64,000 nucleotides of DNA from an uncultured Phycisphaerales bacterium (GTDB lineage Bacteria > Planctomycetota > Phycisphaerae > Tepidisphaerales > Tepidisphaeraceae), in the NCBI GenBank assembly GCA_963844715.1, contig CAWJPJ010000007.1, positions 1-64,000 on the forward strand, written 5' to 3'. Of this stretch, positions 1 through 13,201 are shown one piece after another. The translations under genes and the position numbers were made by a program. The notes beneath the pieces were generated by a model. That model ran no database searches. It was not told the origin of the DNA and saw only the letters and a list, made by a program, of their open reading frames with translations. Positions within the stretch are counted from its first letter, which is position 1. Each line of letters begins with the position of its first letter.

Positions 1-3000
1 GGACTCGCCGTCGGTGCTGGAATTGACGTAATTGATTGTCGCGGCGGTCAGCACCGGCGCGTTGGGATTAGAGGTATCCAGCCAAATGTCCGCAAAGTGA
101 TAGGCGTCGCTGGTCTCCTGCACGAGAAGGATGTCGCCGGCGATACCCCCAAAATTGGTCGTCGAACTCCCGTCGTATGGCGCTTCGAAGAGGCCTTCGG
201 ATGAAAGGGCGAAAAAATTCGCATTGGTTGGAATAATAGACGCTTCAGGCGACTGACCGAACTCAGGATCCCCAGCCCCGGCCGCTAGCTGGAATGACTG
301 TTCCGTTAAATGGGGTGCCGTATCGTCCGCGCCGGATTCGCTCGGCGAATCGGTAAGAGACAGATCATAGACGGAGTAAGTAGAACTGCTCGGGTTCAAG
401 CTGGTTTGCGGGAAAACCAGGATCGTTCCGGCATACGAGCCCCATCTTTGCGTATCGTCGGGAAGTACGACCACCGCCGGTGAATCGTGGACTCCGCTGA
501 TCGATCCCGAGTTAGGCAGGAGATAATCCAACTGCGTATAATTGCCGTTGGGATCGACGAGAAAAATCTGATAGGCGGTATTGGGCTTGGTGGTGTCATC
601 GCTGGAGGTGGGTATGATCAAGTCCCCCCCGAAGGTGCCGGAATTATCCAGAAAATCCGCTCCTTGAGCCACATAATCGGTCGGCAATGTGATCCAGGCC
701 GGAACCGGTTGACCTGGTGCGAGAGAATCGAGGGGCGTCAAATTATATCTGGGGTGTAACATATCAGTCGGACCCGTCCAAAGCGGATCAGGAGTAACCG
801 CATCCTGTCCATGATTGGTCAGTCGGATGATTTGGCCGGTTAATCCATTGAGGTAGAAAACGTCGCCCGCGGGAAAACCCGCTGGGTTTCCTGGTTGCGC
901 TACCGCTAATTGATAGTGAGATGCGGTAGTGCCAGGAGGGATATCCGTAGGAAACGTGCCGAGATTCGCAAATAATGTGACCACGCCTTGTTGCGAGATT
1001 TCATAAATCTGTGTGCCCCCATCGCTCAACGTAAGCACTGAATTATCCGGGGCATACGCGACTACTGAGTTAGTAGGTCCGGTCCCGAAGCTTGGAAGGT
1101 CGACGGGCGTCAGCGCGACCGAACCCGTTATCGGCTGCCTTCCCGCCCCGACGGGCGGATCAGTGCTGCTGACGGAATTAAACGCCTGCCCGGAAATGGA
1201 GCCGGTCGCATAGCTCGAAATGTTAAAGCTGGCGGAAATCACGTTGGATGGACCGCTGTTGCCGCCCAAGCCTGTGGCGACAACCTCGTAGTAATAGGGT
1301 ATGCCGGAGGCTGCCGTCGTGTCGTTGTAAGAAACAGTGCTCGACGACAGCGTGCCCGTGATGGGGCTGAACGTGACATCATCCATCGAACGCTCGACGA
1401 TGAATCCGCTTTCATCGTCGTGCGTGCCGGACCAAGTCAGATCGATTTGCGGCAAAGTTGGATCCGCTGACGCTGTCGTCAATATCGGCGCGAAGGGGAC
1501 TTCGGGGAAAATCTGCACTTCCAAATCCTGCGCCGTCGCATCCGGCGCGAGGTCGCTGTGATAGTTGAAGCTGATTGTCTGCCCCTGGCCGACCAGATCG
1601 ATGAAGTAGGTATGATTCGTGCTATAGCCGTCCCAGCCCCAGTCGGCGTATTTCGTCTCGTTCGTCGACGCGTCGTCGATGCCGATTCCATACTGTTCAT
1701 AATTCGGCCCCGCCCCGTTCGAGTCCGGGACATTATCCGGGTAAACATACTCAGCATCAGCGGGAATTCCCCCCGACAGCAGTGTCGTGCCCGACGCTTC
1801 CAACATATAGTGCACGCCCGTCTGAAGCACGATGTGGGAGGAAACCGAGCTTCCGTCGATGGGAACTTCGACGGTGTCGGCCGCTATGGTGGAATATGGT
1901 TCGTTCGCGGCGGTCGTCGCCGTGGCGACATTCGACCCGCTGCCAGGATCTCCACCGACTACCTGAATTTCGTAATTGTATTGCGTGTTGGAAGACGGTG
2001 GGACAAGAGACTCCGAGTTGTCCAGAAAACTTGCGATGGGATTACCGGAAGATGAACTGCTTACGTTTACGGTTCCGATCTCGTAAAAGACCGTGGGTGA
2101 TGTCGGATCAGCTCGCAAAACCTCCATCGTCGCGCTGCCCGAGGTTGGTGGCACATAGGCCCACTGCAACTCCACCGCGTCACTGCTGATCCCATTCGAC
2201 GAAGGAACCGCGGTTGCCGTCAAGTCATATGCTTTAACCACCGGCAGCGCGGCATAGATCGTCACCTCCAGCGTATCCGTCGAGTTGTCATTGTCGTGAT
2301 AGTAGTCATCATGGAAATCAAGTGACAGAGTTTCCGCCTGCGTCACATCGATATCGATGGTATATTGATGACTCGAACTATACGGTCCCCAATATGGGGA
2401 TTTGTTCGCGTCCACGGTGCTGTCATTGACGCCGATTCCGTAGTTGGCGTAACCCAAGCCGTATACTGTCCACCCTTGCCCTTGCCCGACAAAATATGAA
2501 CTGTTTGCCGCTGGATCGGCGGCGCCTGTGGGCGCGAAAGAGTACTCGGCATCGGCGTATAATGAATTCCCCGAATCCTCAATGTTGGCTGTTCCAGTAG
2601 CGACCAGTTCGTAGTGGCCCGGATTCAATGTCACCGACGAAACGGATGGTGACTGCTGCCCTGATTCCGCATAGACAGGGATCGAGATGGGGCTTTCAAC
2701 CGGGGTTGTTTCATAGCCAGATTGTTGCGCAGTGGTTGCCTGAACCGTCAGAGTCGTCGGCGCATCACCGGTCAATGTCGCCGTCACCTCGTAGTTATAC
2801 GAGGCCCCCGGGTCCAGGCTGCTTGTGTCTTCGTATACCGTTGCGTGTGTTACGGGTGACGTCACAACCGATGTACCTGACCCGATTTCCGCGTAACTTC
2901 CGCCCGGGGCCTCGCGATAGACGGTGTAAGAATACGCCTCGTTGAATATCAAATTCGTCCAGCGAAGATAGATCTGCCCTGTGGTCGTCGCAGTGGCAGT

Positions 3001-6000
3001 GATGTCTGAAATGATCGGGACGGCGCCGCTTGTGTTAGTCAACGAGAAATCCGTCGGCGTGCTGGCGTTTCCCGCTGCGGGTGCGTTCGGGTCGGCCGAC
3101 GCTTCGACTTGATAATCCCCGCCGATGGCATTCGCGGTCGCCGACACCATCGCATCACCGCTGGAATCCAAAACAACCGCTTCGGTAGTCGAGTGATCCG
3201 TGCCTAATGTTGCCGACGCTCCGCTTGAGGGGGCCGTAAAGGTCACCATCCCGCCTGCCAGATCGGATGCCGTAAGCCCCGTATCATTGGATGTGACATT
3301 TACTTTTAGGTCGTTCGAGAACGGGCTGTTTACGACCGTGCTCTGATTGTTCCCGCTTACGACGCTAACAACGAAACCTTGGCTCTCGAATGCTCCGATA
3401 TCCGGCGTGGCACCTTGCGGCCGGATTGTGCCGCGCTGATCGACGGTTATCGGATCGTCATCCGGCCCGTCAAAAGTGCTTCCGGCATCCAACACCGGAC
3501 TTCCGGGAAGCAGAGCCATCGTCTTGGTGGGCCCACCGTAGTTGCCCAAGGGAGCGAGGAGCGGATTGATTGGAGGCGAGCCTGTTGACGGAAGGATGTT
3601 GTGGCTCGACGACGATGTAGACAATCCGCCGGTGCCGTCGCCGATGAGGTTATAGGTGCCGGAGAATCCATCGCCAGATAGGTCGTGCGTGGCATTTCCC
3701 GCGACCAACGTGCCGTTGATCGAACAGGCCCCCCCGTTGCCGGAGTTATCGAAAATCCCGCTGGCATGTCCCGCTGATCCACTATTATCAGCGACAGTAC
3801 AGTCGGTCACGACAAGGCTACCCGAGTCATTATCAATCCCGGCCCCGGCGTGGGAGGTGTTTTGAGCAATCGTGGAATTGGTCACGGTGACCGTGCCCCC
3901 ACTCCAATTGGCGATGCCGCCGCCGTAGTGCATGTTGGCGGCGGTATTGTCATTTATTGTGGAATATGCAATCGCAACGCTGCCCCCGTAGTTGTAAATC
4001 GCTCCGCCATTGGCCGAAGCGGCGGTATTTCCGCTGAGCGTGCAATCGTTTATGTATAAGTGGGTGTAACCGGGGGAATTGTAAATGCCACCTCCTCCGG
4101 AAGCCGAATTGCCGCTGATGGTGGAAGAAGCGATTGTCATTGTTCCGAAATTCTCAACCGCTCCCCCATCATTGCCCGCGGCGTTGCTGCTCAAGGTGGA
4201 ATTGGTGATATCCAGAGTCGACTGGCTTCTGTTGTAGATCGCTCCGCCCGTGAGGGCGGAATTTCCAGAAACGACTGAGCCAGAAACGATGACGAGGACG
4301 GAGTCGTTGTTGTATACGCCACCCCCGTAGGTGCCAGACGAATTGCCGCTGATTGTGCAGTTCGCTATGGAAGCAGAGTAGGAACCTTCGGTGGCGATTG
4401 CGCCGCCGTCGTTGAGGGCAAAATTGCTGTAAAATTTGACGGCGGTCGCCTGAAGGATTCCCTCATTTTCGATGCCGCCGCCGTTGCTTTCGGTGGCTGA
4501 ATTGCCGGTGATTGTGGACGTCGTAATGGTCAATTCACCGCCGTGGTTGCGGATGCCTCCCCCGGCGCCACCGGTGGTGGAATTTCCGCTGATCACACTG
4601 CCGGAAATATTCGCGCTGCCGGTGCCGTAGATGTATACACCGCCGCCACCCCCCGAAGCTGAATTGTCACTTATGGTGGAATTGCTGACCGTCAAGACCG
4701 CACCAGTGTAGATTCCTCCTGCGGGACCTCCGCTCGTGTTTCCAGTTATCGTCGAACTGGCAATCGTCACGTTCCCGGAATTCTTATTAAGGAGACCCCC
4801 TCCATACTCGGTGCTATAGTTATCACTGACGGTGGAACCTGCAATGAAGAGAGTCCCCGTGTTATAAATGCCGGCGCCGTCGTCTACACCACTATTGCCG
4901 GTAATTGAGCAATCCGTAATCTCTAGGTCGCCGGAATTGCGAACCCCTATTTTGCCGTTGGTGATCGTGAGGTTCTCAATCTCGGCTATGGCGCCCGAGG
5001 ATACGGAGAACACGCCGCTGTGTCCGCCGCCAGAAATTGTCAGGACGTCTTGCCCGGGACCGTCGATTGTGATCCCTGACGGATCAGTTATCTCTAACGC
5101 ACCGTAACCCGTGCCGGCGGCCAAGCTAATGGTGTGCATCGTGCCGGCTGTGAATACCGAAGAATCAAATGTGATTGTTTGAGCCCCACCGGCCGCATTG
5201 GCGAGATTGATCGCCTGACGCAGCGAGAGTTGGCCAGGACCGACCGAACCGTCGAGGGTGGTATTGACCACCAAGCTAACCACCTGCAGTGGCAAGCCTT
5301 CACTGTACCTCGAAATGGTCAACTGGCTTGCGGAAGCACTTGCGATGACGAGTTGGCCATTGGGTTGCATCGTCTGAAGGCCGACGACGGGGTCATTCAT
5401 GGTTCCAATTCCGGCGGCTCCGAAGTTCTCGTCCGGCGTTCCATCGGGGTTATAGAGGGTGACTTTTCCGATGCTGGGCACAACGATGGTGCCGTCACTC
5501 AGGATTTGCACGACGTTGGCGATATTGTTGTTAATCGACTCGTTTTCAGTCTCACTGCCACCGCTTCCGAAGCTGGTGTCGGGTGAACCATTGCTGTTGA
5601 AACGGGCCATGACCAGGCCGGTGTTGCCGCCGTTGCCATTGCTGGCGATCAGAACGCTGTCATTGGGTCCGACTAGGATATTGTTGGCCACATCGTCGTC
5701 ATACGAATCGACGCTGCTGATCGCCTGACCGCCGCTGCCGAAGCTGGTGTCCTCGGCTCCCGCGTCGCTTCCCGTCGCGTAAAAACGATCCACCGCTATG
5801 TTCTGATTGGCATCGGCCCCCGAGACCAGGATCGCCCCGGTCGACTGCAGTGCGACAGCCGGCGTGAAGGGGGTCCCATCTCCATTGTCCACCAGGTCCC
5901 CGATGATCGTGTACCCGATTCCATCGAAGCTCGTGTCCAGCGCACCGTTGGTGCTGCTGTTGCCGTAGCGAAGCAGCGCCGCCTGATCGTTGTCTCCCTC

Positions 6001-8449
6001 GCTGTCGGCAATATCCGCGGCCGCCACGATCTCACCATTAGACTGCTGCTCAACCAATGACGTGATCCGGCCGGAGAAGTCGGGAATGCTGGTGGTCACC
6101 AAGCCGTTGGTGCCAAAGTTGGTGTCGGGTAATCCGCTACCGCCTTGGAGATACAGCAGCCCCAAAGCGCCCGAGGAGGTTTGGCCTCCCAGTACGATAT
6201 CCCCATTGCTATCCTCCAACATCGTATCGATTGACCTTAAGGCGTTGATCAGCACTTCCCCACCCGTGCCGAAGGAAGTGTCCAACGACCCGTTGGCGTT
6301 GTAGAGGAACAGTGCCTGTTCACTATTGGCGCGTCCACTGACGAGGATCTGGCCATTGGGCAAAACATACGGACCGTAACTGTTGGAAAGACTGATCGAC
6401 TGGCCGCTGAACGGGCTGGTGATGCTTCCGCTGCCGTTGAATGTGGTATCGGGGAACGACGCATAGTACGTGCCGCTCGTCGTCGTGACGCTGGCGCTGA
6501 TGTTGTAGCTGTTGGGACCGGACGCAAACGTGTGAGTCACCGAACTCGGATTGCCCGAAACGGTCTGCACATCCGACGAACCTTCCGTTCTATCTCCCCA
6601 GTTGATTGTCCAATTCAAAACCGTGTCCTGACCCACACCGCTATAGTGCAGGTTCAGCGTATAGGGCATCCCTTCGGCCACCAAGGCGCTGCCGGAGACG
6701 CTGATGGTTGGCGCCACGGGACCGATATTGGCGCCGAACTGCCCACTCAGGGAAACCATTGCCACCGTGCCGGCGGGCGTCACGGCCACCCCGCTCTGAT
6801 TGTCCGTTCCGGTCAGGACCACCCCGTTGACGCCGAACCCCGCTTCCGGCGTTCCGCTGCTGTTGTAACCCACTAAACCCGTGCTGGTCGGGATTGTCAC
6901 GTCCCCCGACGAATCCACTCCGATGGTATTGGTGTACGCGCTGTTATAGGCGACGTTGGCGACGTAGGATCCGCCGCGGCCAAAGTTCGTGTCCGGCTGC
7001 CCCAGTGAGTTGAACCGCGCCACTCCGACGTTCTGTCCGCCATCCAACGGGCCGGCGATGATAATCTCCCCGTTGGATTGGATCATTACATTGTCAGCGT
7101 CGTCGTTGCTGTGTCCGCTGAACGAAACCGTCTCGATTCCCTGGTTGCCGAACGTCGTGTCCAGGATTCCACTGGAGGTGTAACGCGCGTAGGATGAAAT
7201 CCCCGCTGGTCGACTCCCCAGCCACCAGAATGTCATTGCTCTCTAGCGCCACCGCCGGGGCTGCGGCTCCGCTGAAATTGCTCAGGATGACCTTGCCGCC
7301 GCTGCCGCTGGGGCCAAACGAGGTGTCCAGAGTCCCGTTGGGGTTGTACTGCACCAGCCCCACCGCCGAACTGTTCTCAATGTCCCCTACCGCGATGATA
7401 TCTTCGTTGCTTTCAACTGCCAGGGAGCTGATCGAATCATTGACGTCGTTGCTTCCGAACGTTGTCGTCGACACCACTCCGTCAACCGGAGAGTTGGAAT
7501 CGTTATAGAAGAACAACGCAAACGCGTTCCCCTGGCTCCCGCCCGTCACCCAAGTCTCATTATTGGTGTTTCCATTGGGTATCTGGATACCCAGTGCTTG
7601 GGCCACAAACCCTGCCGGCAGGTTCACCGAAGTCCCCCCGCCAAATGAGCCAAGCGTTCCATTGCTATTGAGCAACGCCAAACTCATCGTCGAACTGCCG
7701 TTGGCATAACCGGCTATGAAGCCCCCGTCTGTTGCCGCCACCTGCATGTTCAGGCTCGATGCCGTCACGCTCTTAAGCGTACTGCTGACCTGAATCCCCT
7801 CGGCATCTGTCGCGGTCACCGTAATGATAGACCTCCCGGCGGTCATGTACGTGTGCTGCGCACTTCCGCCGGTCGGATCGCCGCTAATCGTCTGAATATC
7901 CGGTGAACCGCTTGTCCCATCTCCCCAGTTGATCGCCCAACTAGTGATCGCCTCCCGAGATGCCTCTGACGACGGGTAACTCGCCGAAAAGTTCAGCGTG
8001 TACGGCGATGCCTCATTCACCGAAGCACCACTACCATCCGACAAACTCAAGATCGGGATCAAGGGCTGAATCAGTACGGATTCGGCATTCGAGTTGTACG
8101 CGGTTGATTGATCTGTAGTGCTCGCGGTAATGTCATACGTATCGGGACCGGAGGTGAAGGTATGAGTCACCGAGCCGGGATTGCCGGTGACGGTTTGAAT
8201 ATCCGGAGAACTTGCGGATCCATCCCCCCAATTGATAGTCCAATGGTCGACTACACTTCCGCCGGTTGCGTTAGCATTCAAGCTCAGCGTGTAGGGCAAA
8301 CCTTCTGAAGCGGATGGATTGCCTGCAATAACTGGAGAAAGGCTGAGATAAACTCGGCTTTCCAATGCCTCAGCTATGGCTCTCGCAATGTGCCGGTGCG
8401 AACGACCCCTGCGCGCTGCGCGTCCAGCCAGATCTCGAATAATAGACAT
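1..8449 (-). CDS. Giant secreted/surface protein (>2800 aa, 3' end outside window): planctomycete export leader, PKD-like domains, delta-60-type beta-propeller repeats, Pmp-like beta-helix, choice-of-anchor-Q-like, Ig-like and FN3-like domains
   Basis: ATG at 8449 behind GGGGAG; N-terminal ALESRVYLS motif; repeated INWGDG, LDTSFG and GGAI/GGGI motifs; PLLAPLGNYGGPTKTMALLPGSP...PDIGAFES. One extra base near 7189 (GDFIL/ARYTSSGILDTTFG) shifts the frame. The new frame was stop-free in every segment I checked, down to position 1. Confidence 0.85.
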
Positions 8450-9213
8450 GGCATCTCCCCTTCACCGAGGAAATTGCAGACTCAACCGCGCTAAAGCGAC
8501 AATAACAGCGGCGATTTGCAAACGACCGCCCTCGCCGTCGATCCGCAGCCCACTAACGAAAAGTTTTTACGATATGAACCCCAATAAGTTACGCTTGCGA
8601 TCAATACAACGCAACAAAAAAAAACGCCCTTTTGCAAACTTTTCATTTATCTCAGCATCCTTTTGCCACCGAACATTTGCGAATGGACTGGAGTTCAGTT
8701 TGCGGGGAGTTTCGCACAATATCAGTTTCCGTGAGTGAGACTCAGGCTCGACAAATAGCCCAACTCAGTATTATGCAAACTGCGGCGAAGAAATGGGAGG
8801 AACCGATGCTGCGGCACCCAGAGCAGTGGCGCCCGACAACTTTGATGCGGCCTCATCCACAATCGTCACTTTTCTCGTACACCGGGTGCCCACGCATGGG
8901 TGTGCGGTACCCTGCACGTGAGGACTATAGCTGTTGCTGCGCACCTCCCCGCCCGTGAGCCGAATAGCCGGATCTTGGAAATGGGAAAATGCTGGACGGC
9001 CTGGGCCGCTCGTCTTCGTTTTGGTCTGGGAAATATCGAACACGGGGCCAGCATTAGCCGCGCCTGCGCGCCCACCTATCCCCCATTATTTTGGGGCGAT
9101 CGACGCCGTCGAATTGCGAGGCAAAATGCGCCAAACTAAGTTCTTTCAACTTGAATTGTCGTTGGAACATCGTCTGCCTTTCGCTTCAGTGATGAAAACC
9201 ACACAATGTTTGC

Positions 9214-9690
9214 ATGTCTGGCCCGCAAAGACTCTTGAACAGGGATGCCCGCTTGATTGTGCCCATCCTGTTTGTCATCTCCATAGTGTTGGCGATTGGC
9301 CAGGACATTGAGGCGCGCTATGCGAATCCGCTGGGATTGAAAGTCTCGCGGGGTTACATCGAAGTCGATCCAGGCATCGTGGATTCAGCCAAGGGTAAGG
9401 GACTATTCTTGCACTTTGTCAATTTTCCCAAGACCGAGCAGTGGCTAGCGCTCGAATATTATCTTCATTATGCCTATGCCCTGTATCCCGCGCCGGTTCT
9501 GGCAACCGATCCGGCAACTACAGTTTTCACCATTGAACAACTTTTGACCGCGAACTTCGATCCTTCGGCCGGTTGGCTGGTCGATCATGGCACCTATTTC
9601 GAGGTAACCTACACGTGGCACACTGACACGAATTCCATGGATTGGTCGCTCGCGCAGGTGAACCCACACGAGACGGGGGCGGCGAAGTGA
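9214..9690 (+). CDS. Hypothetical protein with N-terminal membrane anchor
   Basis: 158-aa ORF with hydrophobic N-terminus; stop overlaps the GTG of the next gene. Confidence 0.6.
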   Translation: MSGPQRLLNRDARLIVPILFVISIVLAIGQDIEARYANPLGLKVSRGYIEVDPGIVDSAKGKGLFLHFVNFPKTEQWLALEYYLHYAYALYPAPVLATDPATTVFTIEQLLTANFDPSAGWLVDHGTYFEVTYTWHTDTNSMDWSLAQVNPHETGAAK

Positions 9691-11084
9691 ATGAAGCGAT
9701 CATCTGGTGCCTGGCATACCTTGTCTGCCTCGTCATCGTCGGATACGGCGAAATCGTTTTCTTCGCTTCCGATCTTTCCTACTTGGAGTGTTTTGGAATT
9801 GCGGCGGTGGTCGGCCCGGGCGTGATGGGGATGATTCTGATTGCGGGTTCAATGCTTGGCGAAACTCCGGGCCGGGGAATGATCCTCTCAATCACAGTGT
9901 TGGCTGGAGCGGCGAACATCGCCAAAACCCGCCGGTTCATCTCAAAGCTGGCGACAATCTCGCGTCCGACGATCGTTGAAATGGTGCTGTGCGGGGCGGC
10001 AGTCGCAGTAGTGCTTTATGGGGCGTTTGTGGTTTTTCAGACCGCATTCAGTCGCGCGACGCTTGAGTGGGACGCTTACACGATTTGGCAGTTCAAAGGC
10101 AAAGTGCTGGCCCTCTATCCCTTGATCCCCACGCCAGCCTACTTCTATCAGGTCAGCCTCAGTTCAACCCACCTTCGTTATCCGATTCTCGTGCCGATGA
10201 TTTCCGCCGGCGTACATGGAATGACCGGCCGGCTGGATGATGAGCTTGGCAAGACGCCTTTTGCGCTGATGTACATAGGCCTTGGTTGGATGACCTATAC
10301 GACGCTTCGAGGGCGCGTCGGATATGTTCCCTCGGCGGGCGCCACGGCTTTGCTGATGACAACGCCGCCAATGCTTATTTATGCCGGATCGGGAATGGCC
10401 GATTTGGCATTGATCGCGTTTTATGGGGCGAGCCTGTGTTTTTTACTTCGCTGGCAGGATCGCGGTCAGATCAGTGATTTGATTCTCGCCGCACTCTTTA
10501 CGGCACTAATGCCCTGGACAAAGGATGAGGGAATCGCCATCGCTGCAATCAACGTACTGGCAGTTCCCTTGCTCAGGCCCCCAGTGGGAACCAAAACAAA
10601 CCTGATCCGCGCCGCGGTCTTGGCAGCGGCAGCGGTGCTTGTTTACTCCCCGTGGCTCATGTACATCCGTGGCTTACCGAGAACGGACGAAAACTATGCA
10701 GGACACCTCGATCTTCATGAGATTCTGTCGAATATGAAAAGGGTGCCCCAAATCCTTTCCATTAGCTGGCCCTATCTTTACCAATGGCGCAACTGGGGCT
10801 TGCTATGGCTGATCCTTCTCGTGTCGGCAATAGTAAATCCGTCAGCGACGAAGTCGTGCGCGGTGATTACGCTTTGGTTACTTCTGATCGTGCATTTCCT
10901 GGCTTATCTTCCGGCGTACATTGTGACGACTTGGGACGTGCCGGCACTGGTGAAGTTTTCCATTGGACGCCTGATTCTCCACACCACGCCAGCGGCGGCG
11001 ATTTTGATTGGGCTTCAGTGGCCCTCCCTGGAAGGTTTGCCACTTAAACCGCATCAGCGGCGGACTATTGGGAAGGAGCAATAA
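9687..11084 (+). CDS. Polytopic membrane protein, ArnT/PMT-like (GT-C) glycosyltransferase
   Basis: Many TM segments; EWDAYTIWQFKGK, YPILVP and WTKDEG motifs; GTG start at 9687. Confidence 0.7.
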   Translation: MNEAIIWCLAYLVCLVIVGYGEIVFFASDLSYLECFGIAAVVGPGVMGMILIAGSMLGETPGRGMILSITVLAGAANIAKTRRFISKLATISRPTIVEMVLCGAAVAVVLYGAFVVFQTAFSRATLEWDAYTIWQFKGKVLALYPLIPTPAYFYQVSLSSTHLRYPILVPMISAGVHGMTGRLDDELGKTPFALMYIGLGWMTYTTLRGRVGYVPSAGATALLMTTPPMLIYAGSGMADLALIAFYGASLCFLLRWQDRGQISDLILAALFTALMPWTKDEGIAIAAINVLAVPLLRPPVGTKTNLIRAAVLAAAAVLVYSPWLMYIRGLPRTDENYAGHLDLHEILSNMKRVPQILSISWPYLYQWRNWGLLWLILLVSAIVNPSATKSCAVITLWLLLIVHFLAYLPAYIVTTWDVPALVKFSIGRLILHTTPAAAILIGLQWPSLEGLPLKPHQRRTIGKEQ

Positions 11085-11447
11085 CTTTCCGCATAAGATC
11101 TTTGCTAAAGGACCCTGGAAGTGCATCAGATTTGACCGATTTCCACTTTTCGCATACCAACGGCGCAGGGCTCGCGCGGGACGACTCGAAGAATCGCTGG
11201 AAATTTCGGCGTGCGTACGACATCCAAGAACTCGCTCAAGTCGCGATCAAGCAAGGACAATTCCCACTTTCTTCGAAGTAGCGTGATGCCACCAACGTAT
11301 CTACGAAGTCCACGTTTTTTGGCCGCTTATTGATTTCGCTGAATGATCCTGGCACACGTTCAATGATCGCTGTTTCATTCCCGCTTGAAAATTTGCCCGA
11401 ACGCACGCCGCGGCTACTATGTGGCCGCTTAACGATTGGAGAAATCC

Positions 11448-11675
11448 ATGGCCCTTCGGGTGATTATGCGGATCGAAGTCCTGCCGCCCGCTCGCCAGCA
11501 GTTCGGCAAGATTTCAAACCAATTCAGCATGACCCAGGTGGCGGTGACCAGCCGGCTCATTGAATGGGTGGTCAAGCAACCGCAAGAGATCCAAGCGTTG
11601 GTTTTGGGGCTCATGCCCTCTGACGCGAAGAAAGACGTCGCCACGGAGTTTTTGAAGCGGATGGCACAACAGTAG
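11448..11675 (+). CDS. Small hypothetical protein, possibly RHH-like DNA-binding
   Basis: MALRVIMRIEV...MTQVAVTSRLIEW behind GGAG; strand-helix-helix pattern. Confidence 0.6.
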   Translation: MALRVIMRIEVLPPARQQFGKISNQFSMTQVAVTSRLIEWVVKQPQEIQALVLGLMPSDAKKDVATEFLKRMAQQ

Positions 11676-11736
11676 CAGACCGGTTGTTGTTATATTCTCA
11701 AATTATCAATTACTCACAGTGGTGGTGGGTGATTAT

Positions 11737-12690
11737 TCACTTGTCAATGGCTTCGATGCGGTATTCACTTCCATCGAATCCGGTGACTTTGCTGATGGAA
11801 TCGATGCGGCGCCCCTCGTGCGTGCGGCGGATGAACACGATCAGCCCAATCGTGCGGGCGATGGCCCGGCGCGGAACGTGACGCGAAACCTCTCCGATTA
11901 AATCTTCCAGCCGGGACAATGCATCTTCGGCGCTGTTGGCGTGAAGGGTCGCCAGCCCACCGGGATGTCCCGTATTCCATGCCTTCAGCAGCGCCAGCGC
12001 CTCGCCTCCGCGCACTTCGCCCACAATAATCCGATCCGGCGCAGGCGGTGCGCAGCGCACCAGCTCCTCCATCGTCACCGGCGGATCAGTCGGCTTGGTC
12101 AGCAGTTCCACGCGATCGGGAGAACTGCATTGCAATTCGCGGGTATCTTCGATGAGCACCAGCCGATCCTCGGAAAATGTCGGCTCGGCCAACACGGCAT
12201 TGGCCAGAGTGGTTTTGCCCGATCCGGTGCCTCCGGCGATAAGGATGTTGTCCCGCCGCTCGGCGGCGTCGCGGATGGTCCGGGCTTGAGTTGCGGCCAT
12301 GATTCCCTGTCGCACATAATCGTCCAAGGTGAAGATCAGTTCCGCCCGCTTGCGGATGCAGAAGACGGGCCGTTGGGTAATCGGCGGCAACTGACCCTGG
12401 AAGCGCTGGCCGGTGTGGGGCAGCGTCCCACTGAGCAGGGGGCGATGCCGGCCCACGGCTTCGCCGACATGATCGGCAACAAGACGAACGACCGATTCGG
12501 CACGAAAAGCTTCAATACTGCCAACGCGCGAGCGACCCTTACCGGCTCGGTCAATCCACACTTGCCCATCGGCGTTGGCCATCACTTCGACCACGCGCGG
12601 GTCATCCAAGGCTTGAAGGATGGCTGATCCCAGGGCGGCGCGGAGCATGTCTCCGAATCGATCCCTCGACGGATCATTTACCGTGGTCAT
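11737..12690 (-). CDS. trbB: P-type conjugative transfer ATPase TrbB (VirB11 family)
   Basis: Walker A GGTGSGKTT; IEDTRELQC; PDRIIVGEVRGGEA; WNTGHPGG.ATLHANSA. Confidence 0.93.
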   Translation of the reverse strand: MTTVNDPSRDRFGDMLRAALGSAILQALDDPRVVEVMANADGQVWIDRAGKGRSRVGSIEAFRAESVVRLVADHVGEAVGRHRPLLSGTLPHTGQRFQGQLPPITQRPVFCIRKRAELIFTLDDYVRQGIMAATQARTIRDAAERRDNILIAGGTGSGKTTLANAVLAEPTFSEDRLVLIEDTRELQCSSPDRVELLTKPTDPPVTMEELVRCAPPAPDRIIVGEVRGGEALALLKAWNTGHPGGLATLHANSAEDALSRLEDLIGEVSRHVPRRAIARTIGLIVFIRRTHEGRRIDSISKVTGFDGSEYRIEAIDK

Positions 12691-13201
12691 CAGATTCTTC
12701 TTTCTTCCCGCCAGTTTCAAGTTCGCTGGACTCCGGTAGAAGCTCATCCGCGTCGGTCCCTTTCTCTGGCGCCGCGACGGCCGGTTCCGGCATCAGTTCC
12801 AGCGCCGAAGGTCCTGATCCGGCATGTTCCGCCAAAATCTCCAGAAAGTGGGCAAAGCGGAGTTGGCCATCCGCCGCGGCGGCTTCACGATGCTCTTCCG
12901 GAACATCGGGCATGTGATTGTAAAACGTGCGGACAAACAGCGCCAGCATTTCCCGAATCACGCGCAACTCCTGACTCATCCGCTTGGAGTGGTTGTGAAC
13001 GTGCCAGTAAAGGCGGTCCAGGTTCTGGGCCACCACGCGCTGGCGCTGGTCCTGCTGCTCGGGGCTGAAGAATTGGCTGAGCGCCAGACTCATCACCTGC
13101 GAGCGGGATCGGTTCGGATGGGCCTGGCAGTAGCGGGTTAAGGACTCAAAAACCTCCGGATCGATCGTGCCGGAGACCAGAACCTTGTTCTTTGTTTTCA
13201 T
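12674..13201 (-). CDS. CopG/RHH-family protein of Tn4371-like elements
   Basis: Position between traG and trbB; N-terminal RHH pattern; REMLALFVRTF motif; TGATG overlap with traG. Confidence 0.7.
   Translation of the reverse strand: MKTKNKVLVSGTIDPEVFESLTRYCQAHPNRSRSQVMSLALSQFFSPEQQDQRQRVVAQNLDRLYWHVHNHSKRMSQELRVIREMLALFVRTFYNHMPDVPEEHREAAAADGQLRFAHFLEILAEHAGSGPSALELMPEPAVAAPEKGTDADELLPESSELETGGKKEESDDHGK

Noticed and set aside
8450..9210. Short overlapping ORFs or a riboswitch upstream of the giant gene
   Set aside because: No recognisable protein or RNA motif.
12030..12060. Unusual TrbB segment CAPPAPDRII
   Set aside because: Small compensating deletions from the expected ALRLRPDRII explain it, so it is probably read error.
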